Position numbers and translations under genes: made by a program. This document shows positions 29,500 through 39,409 of a stretch of DNA of 64,000 nucleotides, in pieces. Below the pieces are notes generated by a model. That model was not told the origin of the DNA. It saw only the letters and a program-made list of their open reading frames with translations, and searched no databases. This stretch comes from Candidatus Sulfomarinibacteraceae bacterium (GTDB lineage: Bacteria; Acidobacteriota; Thermoanaerobaculia; Thermoanaerobaculales; Sulfomarinibacteraceae): contig CAWCLO010000002.1 of the NCBI GenBank assembly GCA_963796455.1, positions 96,001-160,000 on the forward strand. The letters are read 5' to 3'. Position 1 is the stretch's first letter. Each line of letters opens with the position of its first letter.

Positions 29500-30465
29500 C
29501 TAGTCGAAGGAGGCATCGGCCGGCATCCCGGGTTTGAAAACGCCGTCCGGGTTCTCGAGTTGGACCTTGACGCGGAAGACGAGCTTGGCCCGTTCGTCGG
29601 GTGTTTGCACGTTTTTCGGGGTGAACTCCGCGACCGGCGAAATAAACGAAACGGTGCCTTCGAAACGGCGGTCGCTGCCGTCGACGTCGACTGTCACAAC
29701 CTGGCCGAGCACGATCTGCGACAGACTCGGTTCGTCGATCCAAACCGTCAGCCATGGCCGGGCGAGATCCGTGAGGACGGCGATGGCCGCGCCCGGCGGC
29801 AGCACCTCACCGGGTTCCGCAACGCGGGTCGTGATGACGCCGTCGGTCGGGGCCAGGACCGTCGCGTCAACGATCTTTTGTTCGACGGCGGCCACCATCG
29901 CCTCGGCGGCGGCGCGCTGGGCACGAGCGGATTCGACCTCCTGTCGCCGCGGACCGGCCACCAGCTTGTCGAGTTGGGCTCGAGCGGCTGCGACGGCGCG
30001 GTCGGCGACCTCTTTACGGGTCGCCGCGTCGTCGCGCGATTTTTCGGTCGCCGAGCCCCGGTCGGCAAGACCGCTCAACCGATCGAGGTCGCGGTGAGCC
30101 GCATCGAGTTCCGCCTGGGCCTGGGCCAGTTGATCCTCGGCTCGGCGGAGATCCTCCGCCCTGGTTCCAGCAAGCAAGAGCCGAAGCTGGGCGTCGGCGG
30201 CCTCAGCGTTGGCCCGTGCCTGGGCCAGTTGGTGTTCCGCGTCGATGGTCTCGAGACGGGCCACCACATCCCCGGTGCTGACCGTGTCACCCTCCTCGAG
30301 GGGTGCTTCGAGGAGACGACCGCCGACCGTCGCCGCGAGCCGGATTTCGGTGGCCTCGATGTGTCCCGATCCTCGGATGCCCACGTCATCGGAATCTTGT
30401 TGACACGCAACGATGAAAAACAGGGGCGCGATAAGAATGACCGTAACAACGATGCGTTTCGTCAT
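29500..30465 (-). CDS. HlyD family membrane fusion protein (YbhG-like, lipoprotein)
   Basis: IVAC lipobox, SGHIEATE, APTDGVI and ISPVAEFTPKNVQT. Confidence 0.88.
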   Translation of the reverse strand: MTKRIVVTVILIAPLFFIVACQQDSDDVGIRGSGHIEATEIRLAATVGGRLLEAPLEEGDTVSTGDVVARLETIDAEHQLAQARANAEAADAQLRLLLAGTRAEDLRRAEDQLAQAQAELDAAHRDLDRLSGLADRGSATEKSRDDAATRKEVADRAVAAARAQLDKLVAGPRRQEVESARAQRAAAEAMVAAVEQKIVDATVLAPTDGVITTRVAEPGEVLPPGAAIAVLTDLARPWLTVWIDEPSLSQIVLGQVVTVDVDGSDRRFEGTVSFISPVAEFTPKNVQTPDERAKLVFRVKVQLENPDGVFKPGMPADASFD

Positions 30466-30502
30466 GTCGATTCTCCCGTTCGGGGCGTAGCGGTCCCGTA
30501 CC

Positions 30503-31231
30503 TCAGTCCATGATTTTCTGCGTACTCTTTTCGGTGGAAACGAGCGCCTCGAGATGCGGGGCGAGAGTCTCCGCCAGGCGCCGGTGGCCCTCGGTGGTGG
30601 GGTGCAGCCCATCTGCTTGCATGAGCTCCGGATCGAGCCCGATTTCGCGGACAAACTCGGGCACCAGGACCACGCCCTCCTCGTCGGCGATTCGTTCGTA
30701 CATGGCTGCAAAGTCCGAGCTGTATTCCGGGCCGTAGTTGGTCGGGACATCCATGCCGAGCAGGAGCACCCGTGCCCCGGCGGCCAGGCCCCGGCGCACG
30801 ATCTCGCGCAGATTGCGGTCGATATTAGTGATCGGCTGACCCCGCAGGGCGTCATTGCCACCGAGTTCGACAACCAGAATGTCCGGTCGTTGCGAGAGCA
30901 CCCAGTCGAGGCGGGCCAGCCCGCCGGCAGACGTGTCTCCCGAAACACCGGCGTTGATCACCGAGACGGCGTGGCCGCGCTCGCGAAGCCCGGATTCCAC
31001 CACGGCGGGAAAGGCATCACTCTCGGGCAGCCCGAGACCGGCGCTCAGACTGTCGCCGAGAATGATGATTTTCAGCGCGGCATCTATCGGTGCGGGTGTC
31101 GCTGCCCGCGACTGCGGGGTCGGAGACGGACTTTCGATCGGCTGCGGGCTGCATGATGCCTGCAGGAGTGCGAGGCCTGCAATCATGACCGTGGTGCGAA
31201 GGCTGTGAGAACGTGAAATGATTGCGACCAT
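30503..31231 (-). CDS. tesA: GDSL arylesterase / acyl-CoA thioesterase I
   Basis: GDSLSAG, NAGVSGDTS, ELGGNDALRG and DGLHP. Divergent from ybbA; start approximate. Confidence 0.85.
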   Translation of the reverse strand: MVAIISRSHSLRTTVMIAGLALLQASCSPQPIESPSPTPQSRAATPAPIDAALKIIILGDSLSAGLGLPESDAFPAVVESGLRERGHAVSVINAGVSGDTSAGGLARLDWVLSQRPDILVVELGGNDALRGQPITNIDRNLREIVRRGLAAGARVLLLGMDVPTNYGPEYSSDFAAMYERIADEEGVVLVPEFVREIGLDPELMQADGLHPTTEGHRRLAETLAPHLEALVSTEKSTQKIMD

Positions 31232-31298
31232 GAAAGAGATTCTATCTTGTGCACGACCTGAAGTGCCGTCCGATTTGATGTGGGCCAAAGGAGTTTGA

Positions 31299-31997
31299 AT
31301 GAACCGCGAAGAAAACCCGGAGATCGTCCTGTCGCTCGAGGGTGTCGGTCGTGAGCTGCCCTCGGGCGGGAGGATGTTGAAGATCCTCGACGGGATCGAT
31401 CTCGAGGTGCACCGGGGTGAGTTTTTGGCTGTCCTCGGCCCTTCGGGCAGCGGCAAGTCGACCCTGCTCGCTCTGATGGCCGGTCTCGATCGACCGAGTT
31501 CGGGCGAAGTGCATCTCGCCGGCGAGCGGATCGACCGATTGTCGGAGGACCGCCTGGCTGTTCTCAGACGGCACACGATCGGTTTTGTCTTTCAGTCCTT
31601 TCAGTTGCTGGCGAATTTTACCGCGCGCGAGAACGTGCTCCTACCGATGGAACTTCTGGGTTGGCCTGAGGCACGCCGGCGTGCAGACGAACTTCTGGCG
31701 GCGGTCGGCCTCAACGAGCGCGGCCACCACTACCCCTCGCAGCTCTCCGGTGGCGAGCAGCAGCGGGTTGCTCTGGCCCGGGCCTTCGCACCGCGGCCGC
31801 GGCTCCTGCTGGCCGATGAACCGACCGGCAACCTCGATGGAGCGACCGGCCGGGTGGTGCTCGATCTTCTGGTTTCGTTGCGGGCGGAGGAGGGAACCAC
31901 TCTGGTGCTGGTGACCCACGACCCGGCGGTCGCCGCTCTCGCCGATCGCCGGATCCACCTCAACGATGGCGTGATCGAGCGCGAGGAACGCGCATGA
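31299..31997 (+). CDS. ybbA: ABC ATP-binding protein (YbbA/LolD-like)
   Basis: GPSGSGKST, LSGGEQQRV and ADEPTGNLD, in tesA-ybbA-ybbP synteny. Confidence 0.85.
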   Translation: MNREENPEIVLSLEGVGRELPSGGRMLKILDGIDLEVHRGEFLAVLGPSGSGKSTLLALMAGLDRPSSGEVHLAGERIDRLSEDRLAVLRRHTIGFVFQSFQLLANFTARENVLLPMELLGWPEARRRADELLAAVGLNERGHHYPSQLSGGEQQRVALARAFAPRPRLLLADEPTGNLDGATGRVVLDLLVSLRAEEGTTLVLVTHDPAVAALADRRIHLNDGVIEREERA

Positions 31998-34537
31998 AGG
32001 CTGGTCGTTGGTTAGCCCTGGCTGGGCGCGAATTCAAGGGTTCGGCGGGGCGCCTGGTTTTTTTTGCCGCCTGTCTCTCGGTGGGGGTTGCGGCGGTGGT
32101 CGCAGTTGCCGGTTTGTCGCGGGCGCTCGATCACGGGATCCAGGCCCAGGCGCGACAGCTTCTGGCTGCGGATATCGCAGTCTCCAGTCGGCGACCGATC
32201 CCAGCCGAGGTCCTCGAGGCGATCGACGGATTGGCCGGTGCCGATCGGGTGGAGATTCGAGAATTGCCGAGCGTTGTTTCGTCACCCTCACCAGACGGTG
32301 CGCCCGGTCCGTCGCAGTTATGCGAACTCAAGGCAGTGGGTGCGGGGTATCCGTTCTACGGCGAATTCTTGAGTGAGCCGGCCGGCCCGCTCGCCGAGCT
32401 TCTGGCGGGCGATCAGGTGCTGGTCGACAGAGAGCTCCTGTCGAGGCTCGGTGTGGCCATTGGTCAATCGATTCGCGTCGGCTCGGTCGAGCTTCGTATC
32501 GCCGGGCTTGTCGAGGCCGAGCCGGATCGTCTCGAGGTGGGTTTTGCGCTCGGCCCGCGGGTCCTCCTGTCGCTTGAAAGCCTCGAAAAGAGCGGGCTGA
32601 CGGGTCTGGGCAGCCGGGTTTCGTACCAGGCTCTCGTGCGGCTGCAGCAGGGCGTAGAATCTGATGCCGTCGCCGCCGCCGCCGAGGTGATTCGAGAGGC
32701 GACCGCAAACCCCGAATTCCTCCGGGTCGAGACCTTTTCAGAGGCCCAGCCCGCTTTGCGGCGGGGAATCGATCGGGTCGAACGTTTTCTCGGTCTCGTG
32801 GCGCTGCTGTCATTATTGATCGGCGGGATCGGAGTGGCCCAGGCGGTCCGCGCCTGGCTTGCCGGACGACTCGATGCCATCGCCGTCCTCAAGGCGGTTG
32901 GAGTGAGGCCGCGCGAAGTCTTTACCCTCTATCTCGGACAAACGGCCCTTCTCGCTTTCGTGGGGAGCGCGGTTGGCGCGGTGGCCGGGGCATTGGTGGC
33001 CAGGGCGGTGCCCGGCCTGCTTTCTGATCTGATGCCGGTGCGTATCGAAGTGGGTTGGCAACCGGTCGCAATGCTTCGTGGCGTTTTGCTCGGAGTGGGT
33101 GTCGCTGCGATCTTTGCTCTGCGGCCCCTGATCGATGTCCTTCGCGTGCCGCCGGTCCGGGTGTTGCGGCGGGATGCCGATCCATTGCCGGTGAGCCGCG
33201 GCGTGGCCGTTGTTCTGGCATTGGTCCTCGGCGCCGGGATCGCGACGACCGCGGCAGTCCAATCAGGTTCGCTGATGCGGGGTCTGCAGTTCGCCGTCGG
33301 GATCGCCGTTGCGACCCTTCTGCTGGCGGGAGGTGCCTGGCTGGTGATCCGATCGGTGGCCGGCCTGCCGCGCGATCTCGGATCGGTTTCGCTGCGCCAC
33401 GGTCTTGCCGCCCTGGCGCGCCCGGGCTCGGGAACCCTCGGCGCGGTTGTCGCTCTCGGTCTAGGGGTGTTGACCGTCCTCGGCATGTTTTTGATCCAGG
33501 GCCGGTTGACCGCCCAACTCGATGCGGAACTGCCTGATGAGGCGCCGACCGCCTTTCTGGTCGATATACAACCCGATCAATGGGACGGAGTGCAGGCTGT
33601 CCTCGAAGAGGCCGGTGGCGAAGACCTCGAGGCGGTGGAAGTGGTGATGGCGCGCCTGCAGGCGATCAACTCGGTTCCGGTGGGAGAGTTGGTGGCCCGT
33701 GCCGATGAAGGGACCCAGGATCGCCGCTGGGTGCTGACCAGGGAGCAGCGGCTGACGTGGCTGGAGACTCTGCCCGAGGACAACGTGATCCTCGAAGGGG
33801 AGTTGTGGTCGGTGGATGACCGCGATGAGGTCAGCATCGAGAGAGATTTTGCCGAAGATCTCGACGTGGGTGTCGGCGACACCATCACCCTCAATGTCCA
33901 GGGGGTGCCTCTCGAATTGTTGGTCAGCACCATCCGCCAGGTTGACTGGACCCGGTTTTCGATCAACTTCTTTTTGGTTGTGGAGCCTGGCGTGCTTGAT
34001 CATGCGCCGGGCTTTCGCATAGCCACTGTTCGGCTGCAGGAGAGCGCCGAGCTTCCAACCCAGGATCGGCTCGCAGCAGCCTATCCCAACATCACCATGC
34101 TGCGAATTCGAGAGGTCCTGCTCAAGGTCGTCAGCATCCTTCAGCAGCTCGGTTTTGGGGTGCGATTCATCGGCAGCTTTACCGTGCTGGCGGGCATCGC
34201 TATTCTCTTCGGCTCGGTGGCTGCCGGGGCGGTGCGACGCAGCAAGCAGGTCGCCCTGTACAAGACGCTGGGGATGACCCGGGCGCAGGTGGCCGCGATC
34301 TTTGCCCTCGAATACGCGTTGGTCGGTCTGGTGGCGGGTGTGATCGGGACAGTGGGCGGCGTCGCGCTGGCCTGGGCGGTGACCCGATTCGGTTTCGAGA
34401 TCGTGTGGGCGTGGTCGCCGGTGGCGCTCGTGATCTCGGTGCTGTCGGCCACTCTCCTCAGTGTGGTTGCGGGTCTGGCGGCCAGCACCCGTGCCCTCGC
34501 TGTACGTCCTCTGGCGGTGCTCCGTCAAGGGGACTGA
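31994..34537 (+). CDS. ybbP: FtsX-like ABC permease (YbbP-like)
   Basis: ELKAVGAGYPFYG, FLVDIQPDQ and two FtsX-type TM blocks. Confidence 0.85.
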   Translation: MKAGRWLALAGREFKGSAGRLVFFAACLSVGVAAVVAVAGLSRALDHGIQAQARQLLAADIAVSSRRPIPAEVLEAIDGLAGADRVEIRELPSVVSSPSPDGAPGPSQLCELKAVGAGYPFYGEFLSEPAGPLAELLAGDQVLVDRELLSRLGVAIGQSIRVGSVELRIAGLVEAEPDRLEVGFALGPRVLLSLESLEKSGLTGLGSRVSYQALVRLQQGVESDAVAAAAEVIREATANPEFLRVETFSEAQPALRRGIDRVERFLGLVALLSLLIGGIGVAQAVRAWLAGRLDAIAVLKAVGVRPREVFTLYLGQTALLAFVGSAVGAVAGALVARAVPGLLSDLMPVRIEVGWQPVAMLRGVLLGVGVAAIFALRPLIDVLRVPPVRVLRRDADPLPVSRGVAVVLALVLGAGIATTAAVQSGSLMRGLQFAVGIAVATLLLAGGAWLVIRSVAGLPRDLGSVSLRHGLAALARPGSGTLGAVVALGLGVLTVLGMFLIQGRLTAQLDAELPDEAPTAFLVDIQPDQWDGVQAVLEEAGGEDLEAVEVVMARLQAINSVPVGELVARADEGTQDRRWVLTREQRLTWLETLPEDNVILEGELWSVDDRDEVSIERDFAEDLDVGVGDTITLNVQGVPLELLVSTIRQVDWTRFSINFFLVVEPGVLDHAPGFRIATVRLQESAELPTQDRLAAAYPNITMLRIREVLLKVVSILQQLGFGVRFIGSFTVLAGIAILFGSVAAGAVRRSKQVALYKTLGMTRAQVAAIFALEYALVGLVAGVIGTVGGVALAWAVTRFGFEIVWAWSPVALVISVLSATLLSVVAGLAASTRALAVRPLAVLRQGD

Positions 34538-34539
34538 CG

Positions 34540-35440
34540 GAGAACCACCAAGACACCAAGGACGGACACCAGGAAAACCACAGAGGCACAGAGACACTGA
34601 GAGAGAACGCCCGCAGATCACGCAGAGAGACCCAGATTGATCATCTTTTTCGCTATCGTAGCTATCGCTATCGCTATCGCTATCGCTATCGACTGGAGAC
34701 TGACCGGATTTGCCCACAGATCTCCCAGATGACCCGGATGGCCGGCGTCGCAACCACAAAGACACAAAGACACAAAGCAGTCACGCCAAGAAAACCACAG
34801 AGGCACGGAGGCACAGAGAGAGAGAACGCCCGCAGATCACGCAGATAGACGCAGATCCATCGCAAAGAACGCAAAGAACGCAAAGTCGTAAAGACGCCAA
34901 GGCGAGTTGACCGGACTTGATGCGACGTTGCCATCAGTGTCGGCAGATCGACAGACGATCTCCGATCGCCCGTCGCCGGTGAGAAGCGGGGTGCCTCCAA
35001 TCGCCAGCGCTCGGAGTCACCCCGCGTCCCACCGCCCGGCACGCCCACGGCGTGCCGGTTCTGCCTTGGATCGGTGACGTCATCCCTTGATTGAAGAAAA
35101 GAGGAGGAAAGAGGCGAGACCTGCGCGGTCGCGCAGGCAGCTGGGTCAGGAAACCGTGACGAAAGCTCGTTTTCGGAACAGTTTCCTGACCCAGCTGTAC
35201 CTGGCCGCCCCTGGCGGCCAGAACCTCGCCGGACTGTGGATGGTCCGGGAAGTCCTCTGCGTCTCCGTGACTCTGCGCCTTTGCGTTAAGAACTCGAGAG
35301 GCTGACGCCGCGTGTTTTCAGCGGTCGGTGATGTTCCTGCAATCAGTCTGTCATCTGCGTCTATCTGCGTGATCTGTGGGCAAATTGCGCGGCTTTGCGT
35401 TTGCGATGTCTTCGCGCCTTTGCGTCTTTGCGTTGAAAAG
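34540..35440 (+). repeat. Composite structured element, copy 1 (MITE-like or ncRNA-like)
   Basis: Heptamer-array left arm, (GCTATC)n, 51-nt core at 34941-34991, several hairpins, and a reverse-complement right arm at about 35255-35435. Confidence 0.85.
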
Positions 35441-35559
35441 ATAGATCGGCGAGGAAGTGAACTCGATGACACAATTTGCCGGGAGCCTCCGTTCTCAAGT
35501 GATTCTGGGCCTTTGCGCTGCCCGTCTGTGCTTCTGTGGTTGTCGCGGACCCGGAGAAC

Positions 35560-35916
35560 TCAGAAGGGCTTGGTGATGGCCAACCAGGCGGCGAGTCCTC
35601 CGAGGATGGGCAGCCCGGTCCAGATCACCACCGCCCACTCGGGTTTGCGCCGCAACGGCACCACGGCCATCGCGAGAATCAACCAGAGACCGAACTTGGC
35701 CCACGCCCAGTTCGGAATTGCACCAAACATTTTCAGCCTCGCGAGCAGTCCGAATCCGGCAACCAGAACGATCACGAGGGCAACGCCGTGGGCGACCCCG
35801 GCGAGACGCCGAAGCTGGCTACTGGTCGTGCCCGCAGTTGCAGCCAGCGTGCCGAGGGACGTAAAGAGAAGAATAATCGCGAAGACGTGCAGCACCCGAT
35901 AAAACTCGTAGCTCAT
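35560..35916 (-). CDS. Small 4-TM membrane protein (SirB-like, tentative)
   Basis: MSYEFYRVLH...HGVALVIVLVAGFGLL...WAWAKFGLW...ITKPF. GGAGG RBS. Confidence 0.7.
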   Translation of the reverse strand: MSYEFYRVLHVFAIILLFTSLGTLAATAGTTSSQLRRLAGVAHGVALVIVLVAGFGLLARLKMFGAIPNWAWAKFGLWLILAMAVVPLRRKPEWAVVIWTGLPILGGLAAWLAITKPF

Positions 35917-35987
35917 CAAAGCCTCCATCCCGAACAACGTAATTCGAATGCCGGCATTCCCTGGTGTAGGATCCCGGTGGAGTGTAT

Positions 35988-36431
35988 ATGAACCGAGTCG
36001 CCTTCATACTTCTGTTAATCCTGGCCGGATGCAGTCATGTTCCGGTTGCCGAGGAGGCCCCAATGACCGGTGTCGTGTTTTTCAAGACCGAGCGACTCGA
36101 GGACCTCACCCGCTTCTATACCGATCGGGTCGGCACCGAGTTGTGGATGGATCAAGAAGACTGCCGCATCTTCCGCCACGGGCAGTTTCTCTTCGGTTTT
36201 TGCCAACGTGAGACGGCCGAGACCTGCGGTGTGCTGACCTTTGTCTACCGCGGCCGCGAAGGCGTCGACCGGATGTACGATTTGTTTCGTGATGAGGCCC
36301 TCGAAGAACCGCGAGACAACCCGCGCTATCCGATCTACAATTTTTTCGCGCGCGACCCTGAGGGCCGGTTGATCGAGTTTCAGTTCTTTTCCGGTGACGA
36401 TGTTGACTGGTCCTACGCTGATTCTCGATGA
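35988..36431 (+). CDS. VOC/glyoxalase family protein with lipoprotein-like N-terminus
   Basis: LAGC lipobox, FYTDRVG and FFARDPEGRLIEFQ. Confidence 0.8.
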   Translation: MNRVAFILLLILAGCSHVPVAEEAPMTGVVFFKTERLEDLTRFYTDRVGTELWMDQEDCRIFRHGQFLFGFCQRETAETCGVLTFVYRGREGVDRMYDLFRDEALEEPRDNPRYPIYNFFARDPEGRLIEFQFFSGDDVDWSYADSR

Positions 36432-36504
36432 CTATCAGGGCACTGCTAAACTCTGATCGTGGTCGGGCAGCCGGCGATTCAACGGCCCCTCCCGGGAGAC
36501 CAAC

Positions 36505-36951
36505 TTGGAACTGAGCGAAGTCTTTCAGAGCTGGGAAGAAGATCTGGTGGATGAGGCGGTGACCGAGTTGCGCCACGCCAGGCTGCAGCACTACATCGCC
36601 GATGGCGACTCGGTCACGCGTTTGAGGGTTGGAAGGTTCATCAACCGTGCCTTCGAGTGTTTTGCCATCCGGCGGGCCGATCCGATGATCGAGCACGCGG
36701 AACAAATCGCCAGGGAACGCTTTTCGGCGGGCTACGATCTCTTCGAGGTTCAGACCGCGATCAACGTGATCGAGGAAGCGCTGTGGAAACGCATCCTCTC
36801 ATCCGTCGAGCCGGAAGAGCTCGCCCATGCGCTCGGGATGGTCAACGCCATCTTCGGAATGTCCAAGGATGTGCTGGCGCGGACCTACGTCTCCTTGACC
36901 ACGAACCAGGAAACTCCGCGCAAAGAGATCGACGAGATCCTCGACGGTTAG
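36505..36951 (+). CDS. All-helical hypothetical protein (RsbRD N-terminal-like, tentative)
   Basis: GGGAG RBS plus TTG start, and an IARERFSAGYDLFEVQTAINVIEEALW pattern. Confidence 0.6.
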   Translation: MELSEVFQSWEEDLVDEAVTELRHARLQHYIADGDSVTRLRVGRFINRAFECFAIRRADPMIEHAEQIARERFSAGYDLFEVQTAINVIEEALWKRILSSVEPEELAHALGMVNAIFGMSKDVLARTYVSLTTNQETPRKEIDEILDG

Positions 36952-36964
36952 GTCGCGCACGCGA

Positions 36965-37525
36965 CCGATGCTGGATGCTGGATCTGGCACGGCGTGGCCT
37001 GTAGGGAGAAGCCGGAGAAACCGCAGATCACGCAGATAGACGCAGATGGCAGCCGGACTTCCTGGGAATCCCTGTGCATGCGAATCTCACCTCCCGATGT
37101 CATCCTGAGCGGAGCCCCTCAGGGGGCGCAGTCGAAGGATCTATGAGATGGAACGGAAGATTCTCAGGCCGTAGGCTTGCCGGCCGGTGGGAAGCGGGGT
37201 GACTCCGAGCGCTGGCGATTGAGGTCACCCCGCTTCTCACCGGCGACTGGCGATCGGAGATCGTCTGTCGATCTGCCGATACCGATGGCACCCTCGCACG
37301 AGTTCGGCGACCTACCCTTTGCGTTTCTGCGACTTTGCGTTCTTTGCGGTTCATCCTGTGTTTTTCTGTGTGCTCTGTCGGCCATCGTGTTTGCGACGAG
37401 GCCGTTTGCGATGGATCTGCGTCCATCTGCGTGATCTGCGGGCGTTCTCTCTCTGTGTCTCCGTGCCTCCGTGTTTGCGGCGTCCCTATCTGCGGCCATC
37501 TGTGTGATCTGCGGTTTCTCTGACC
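36965..37525 (-). repeat. Composite structured element, copy 2 (truncated, with a REP half-unit)
   Basis: Core at 37228-37278 (reverse complement). Inverted GAGAAACCGCAGATCAC arms at about 37015-37047 and 37489-37520. GATGTCATCCTGAGCG...GAAGGATCT at 37096-37142. Confidence 0.85.
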
Positions 37526-37537
37526 GACGCCGCACCC

Positions 37538-39319
37538 TTATAGATTGCGCACTTCCTCCGGGATGTCCTTCCAGCTCATGAACTGCAGATTGCAGAGTCG
37601 AAACTCGAGCCGGCCGTCCTCGCCGCGCACCAGAGCACCATCGGGCCCCATGGATGTCAGAAGATGCTCGGGACGAAGACGCAAGGCCTCGACTCCCAGT
37701 TCTTCGAGGCGGTCTTCCAGGCTTTGCACCACATGCATCGATTCGTCGACGGAGAGCAGCATACGCTCCACCGCCGCCTCCACATTCAAGGACCGGTAGA
37801 CCGAAGCCTCCGACTCCTCTTCGGTGTGGACCGGGCCGTCCCACTGGTCCCAGATGGTGACGTAATTGCGCCCGGCCTCGAGGATCGGCTCACCATCGGG
37901 AGACAGAATCTCGGCGTGGCTGTGGAAGCGGCTGGGGTCGAAGAGCGATTCTTTGAGTTGCGACCGATGACCGGTGCGATAGATGGCTCGGGGCAGGATG
38001 GTCCTGACTGAGTGGCGACGCAGCCAATAGGCCAGTGCCACTTCCTCGAAGGGGCTGTTGAAGCCGCGGGCCAGAAGTTGAAATCCTTCCGGACCGAGCG
38101 CCGCATGCTCCGGGTATTCACCTACGCGCGACACCTTCCATACGAATCGGACGTTGTCCTTGGTGGTCGTGAGATAGGTCTCGTGGTTTTCCCACAACCT
38201 GATCTGGGGTGTGGTTCGCCACCTCTCCGGCAGAAAATAGTCAAAAAGATCGGGGTCGCGACCGACAACCCACAACGCACCCCCGGTGCTTTCGCTGTGG
38301 CCGAAAAGATAGTCGATTCCAAAGATCCGCGACGCTCTGAGGTGTTTCGGAAGCCGTTTTAAGGCCCCGGTCCCGGTGACCGCTTCGATCTTGATCTGTT
38401 GCCGTTGGCGTTGGTATTTGTGGTGGCGCTTTTCGAGGATTTCCCGCTCGTATTCGGGTGTCCGCTCCATGAGCTCGAAATCGACCATTCCCCACTGAAT
38501 CTGATCGTCTCTTTTGACGAGGTTTTCGCGATCTTCGACTTCGACGATCACGTGCACCGGTTTCATGTCGAGAACGAGAAAACCCTTCGCGGCGGACGCA
38601 TCGATCGCGCGCTGGTTCAGGGCGAGCACCTGATCGTGAGTCAGCCAACCGTTTTCTTCGGCCAGACAGACATCGATGCCCTGCAGCCATTCGTAGACCA
38701 TGATGTAGTCGCGCATGATGTCGATCGCCATGCCCGGGTGTTTGGCCACCTTGTTGGCGATCCGCCACTGGAAACGACCGGTCTGGGATGGCTGCCACTT
38801 TTCGGGCGGCACATAGATGGCGAGCGGAATCTGGGTCTTGACCTCGAGACCTTTGGGGCCGCGCTTGGAGTGGCGCAGTTCGTCCACCAGGGCAAACTCT
38901 TCGAAGGGCCCGTTGAACTCGCAGGACAGGAGATCCCGGATCGCCTTGGTCTCGATGGGCACCTTCTGGCCGACCCGGCTGAATTTGACCACCACCACCA
39001 TGTATTCGCCGTCGATGGGTTTGGTCGGCGAAGCATAGACCGCGCCGGTTCCTTCGAGGATCTCGCGGTGTTTGCGGAACCACGCCAGATCGTACCAACT
39101 GTCGGGTTGGAGATGCTCGGAGCGGGCAAATCCATCGCCGGTCAGATAAAGATCGGCCCCGGACTCGGTCACTGTGTGGACGTAGTCGACCCCCAGGACG
39201 TTGACCAGCTGCGCATCAGGCGGCAGATTTCTGATTGCGACCGGGGCGCCGGAAGATCGAACTTCGGCGATCTCACGGGCGCGGGCGCGTGGATCGGTTG
39301 TGGATTGATCGGTGCTCAT
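37538..39319 (-). CDS. Hypothetical protein with two tandem protein-kinase-like repeats
   Basis: Internal duplication (KFSRVG/KVSRVG, FNGPFEE/FNSPFEE, PLAIY/PRAIY). Repeat 1 has LDMKPVH and VDFE. Confidence 0.75.
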   Translation of the reverse strand: MSTDQSTTDPRARAREIAEVRSSGAPVAIRNLPPDAQLVNVLGVDYVHTVTESGADLYLTGDGFARSEHLQPDSWYDLAWFRKHREILEGTGAVYASPTKPIDGEYMVVVVKFSRVGQKVPIETKAIRDLLSCEFNGPFEEFALVDELRHSKRGPKGLEVKTQIPLAIYVPPEKWQPSQTGRFQWRIANKVAKHPGMAIDIMRDYIMVYEWLQGIDVCLAEENGWLTHDQVLALNQRAIDASAAKGFLVLDMKPVHVIVEVEDRENLVKRDDQIQWGMVDFELMERTPEYEREILEKRHHKYQRQRQQIKIEAVTGTGALKRLPKHLRASRIFGIDYLFGHSESTGGALWVVGRDPDLFDYFLPERWRTTPQIRLWENHETYLTTTKDNVRFVWKVSRVGEYPEHAALGPEGFQLLARGFNSPFEEVALAYWLRRHSVRTILPRAIYRTGHRSQLKESLFDPSRFHSHAEILSPDGEPILEAGRNYVTIWDQWDGPVHTEEESEASVYRSLNVEAAVERMLLSVDESMHVVQSLEDRLEELGVEALRLRPEHLLTSMGPDGALVRGEDGRLEFRLCNLQFMSWKDIPEEVRNL

Positions 39320-39409
39320 GAGCCCTCTTTTCACCGTGGATTATCTCAGATCATCTGCGTCATCGACCCGGAATTCCACGGAGGTCACAGAAGTCGCCTG
39401 TTTGTTCGA

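Noticed and set aside
24062..34537. ABC/TolC/HlyD exporter and tesA-ybbA-ybbP as a novel system
   Set aside because: Both are well-known conserved arrangements.
34686..35048. Recurring peptide PRFSPATGDRRSSVDLP in ORFs overlapping the element copies
   Set aside because: Starts, lengths and frames differ among copies, there is no RBS, and conservation follows hairpin pairing rather than codons.
35140..35200. Hammerhead-like reading of GTGACGAAAG in a hairpin loop
   Set aside because: It lacks a proper CUGANGA/GAAA three-stem arrangement and is present only in copy 1.
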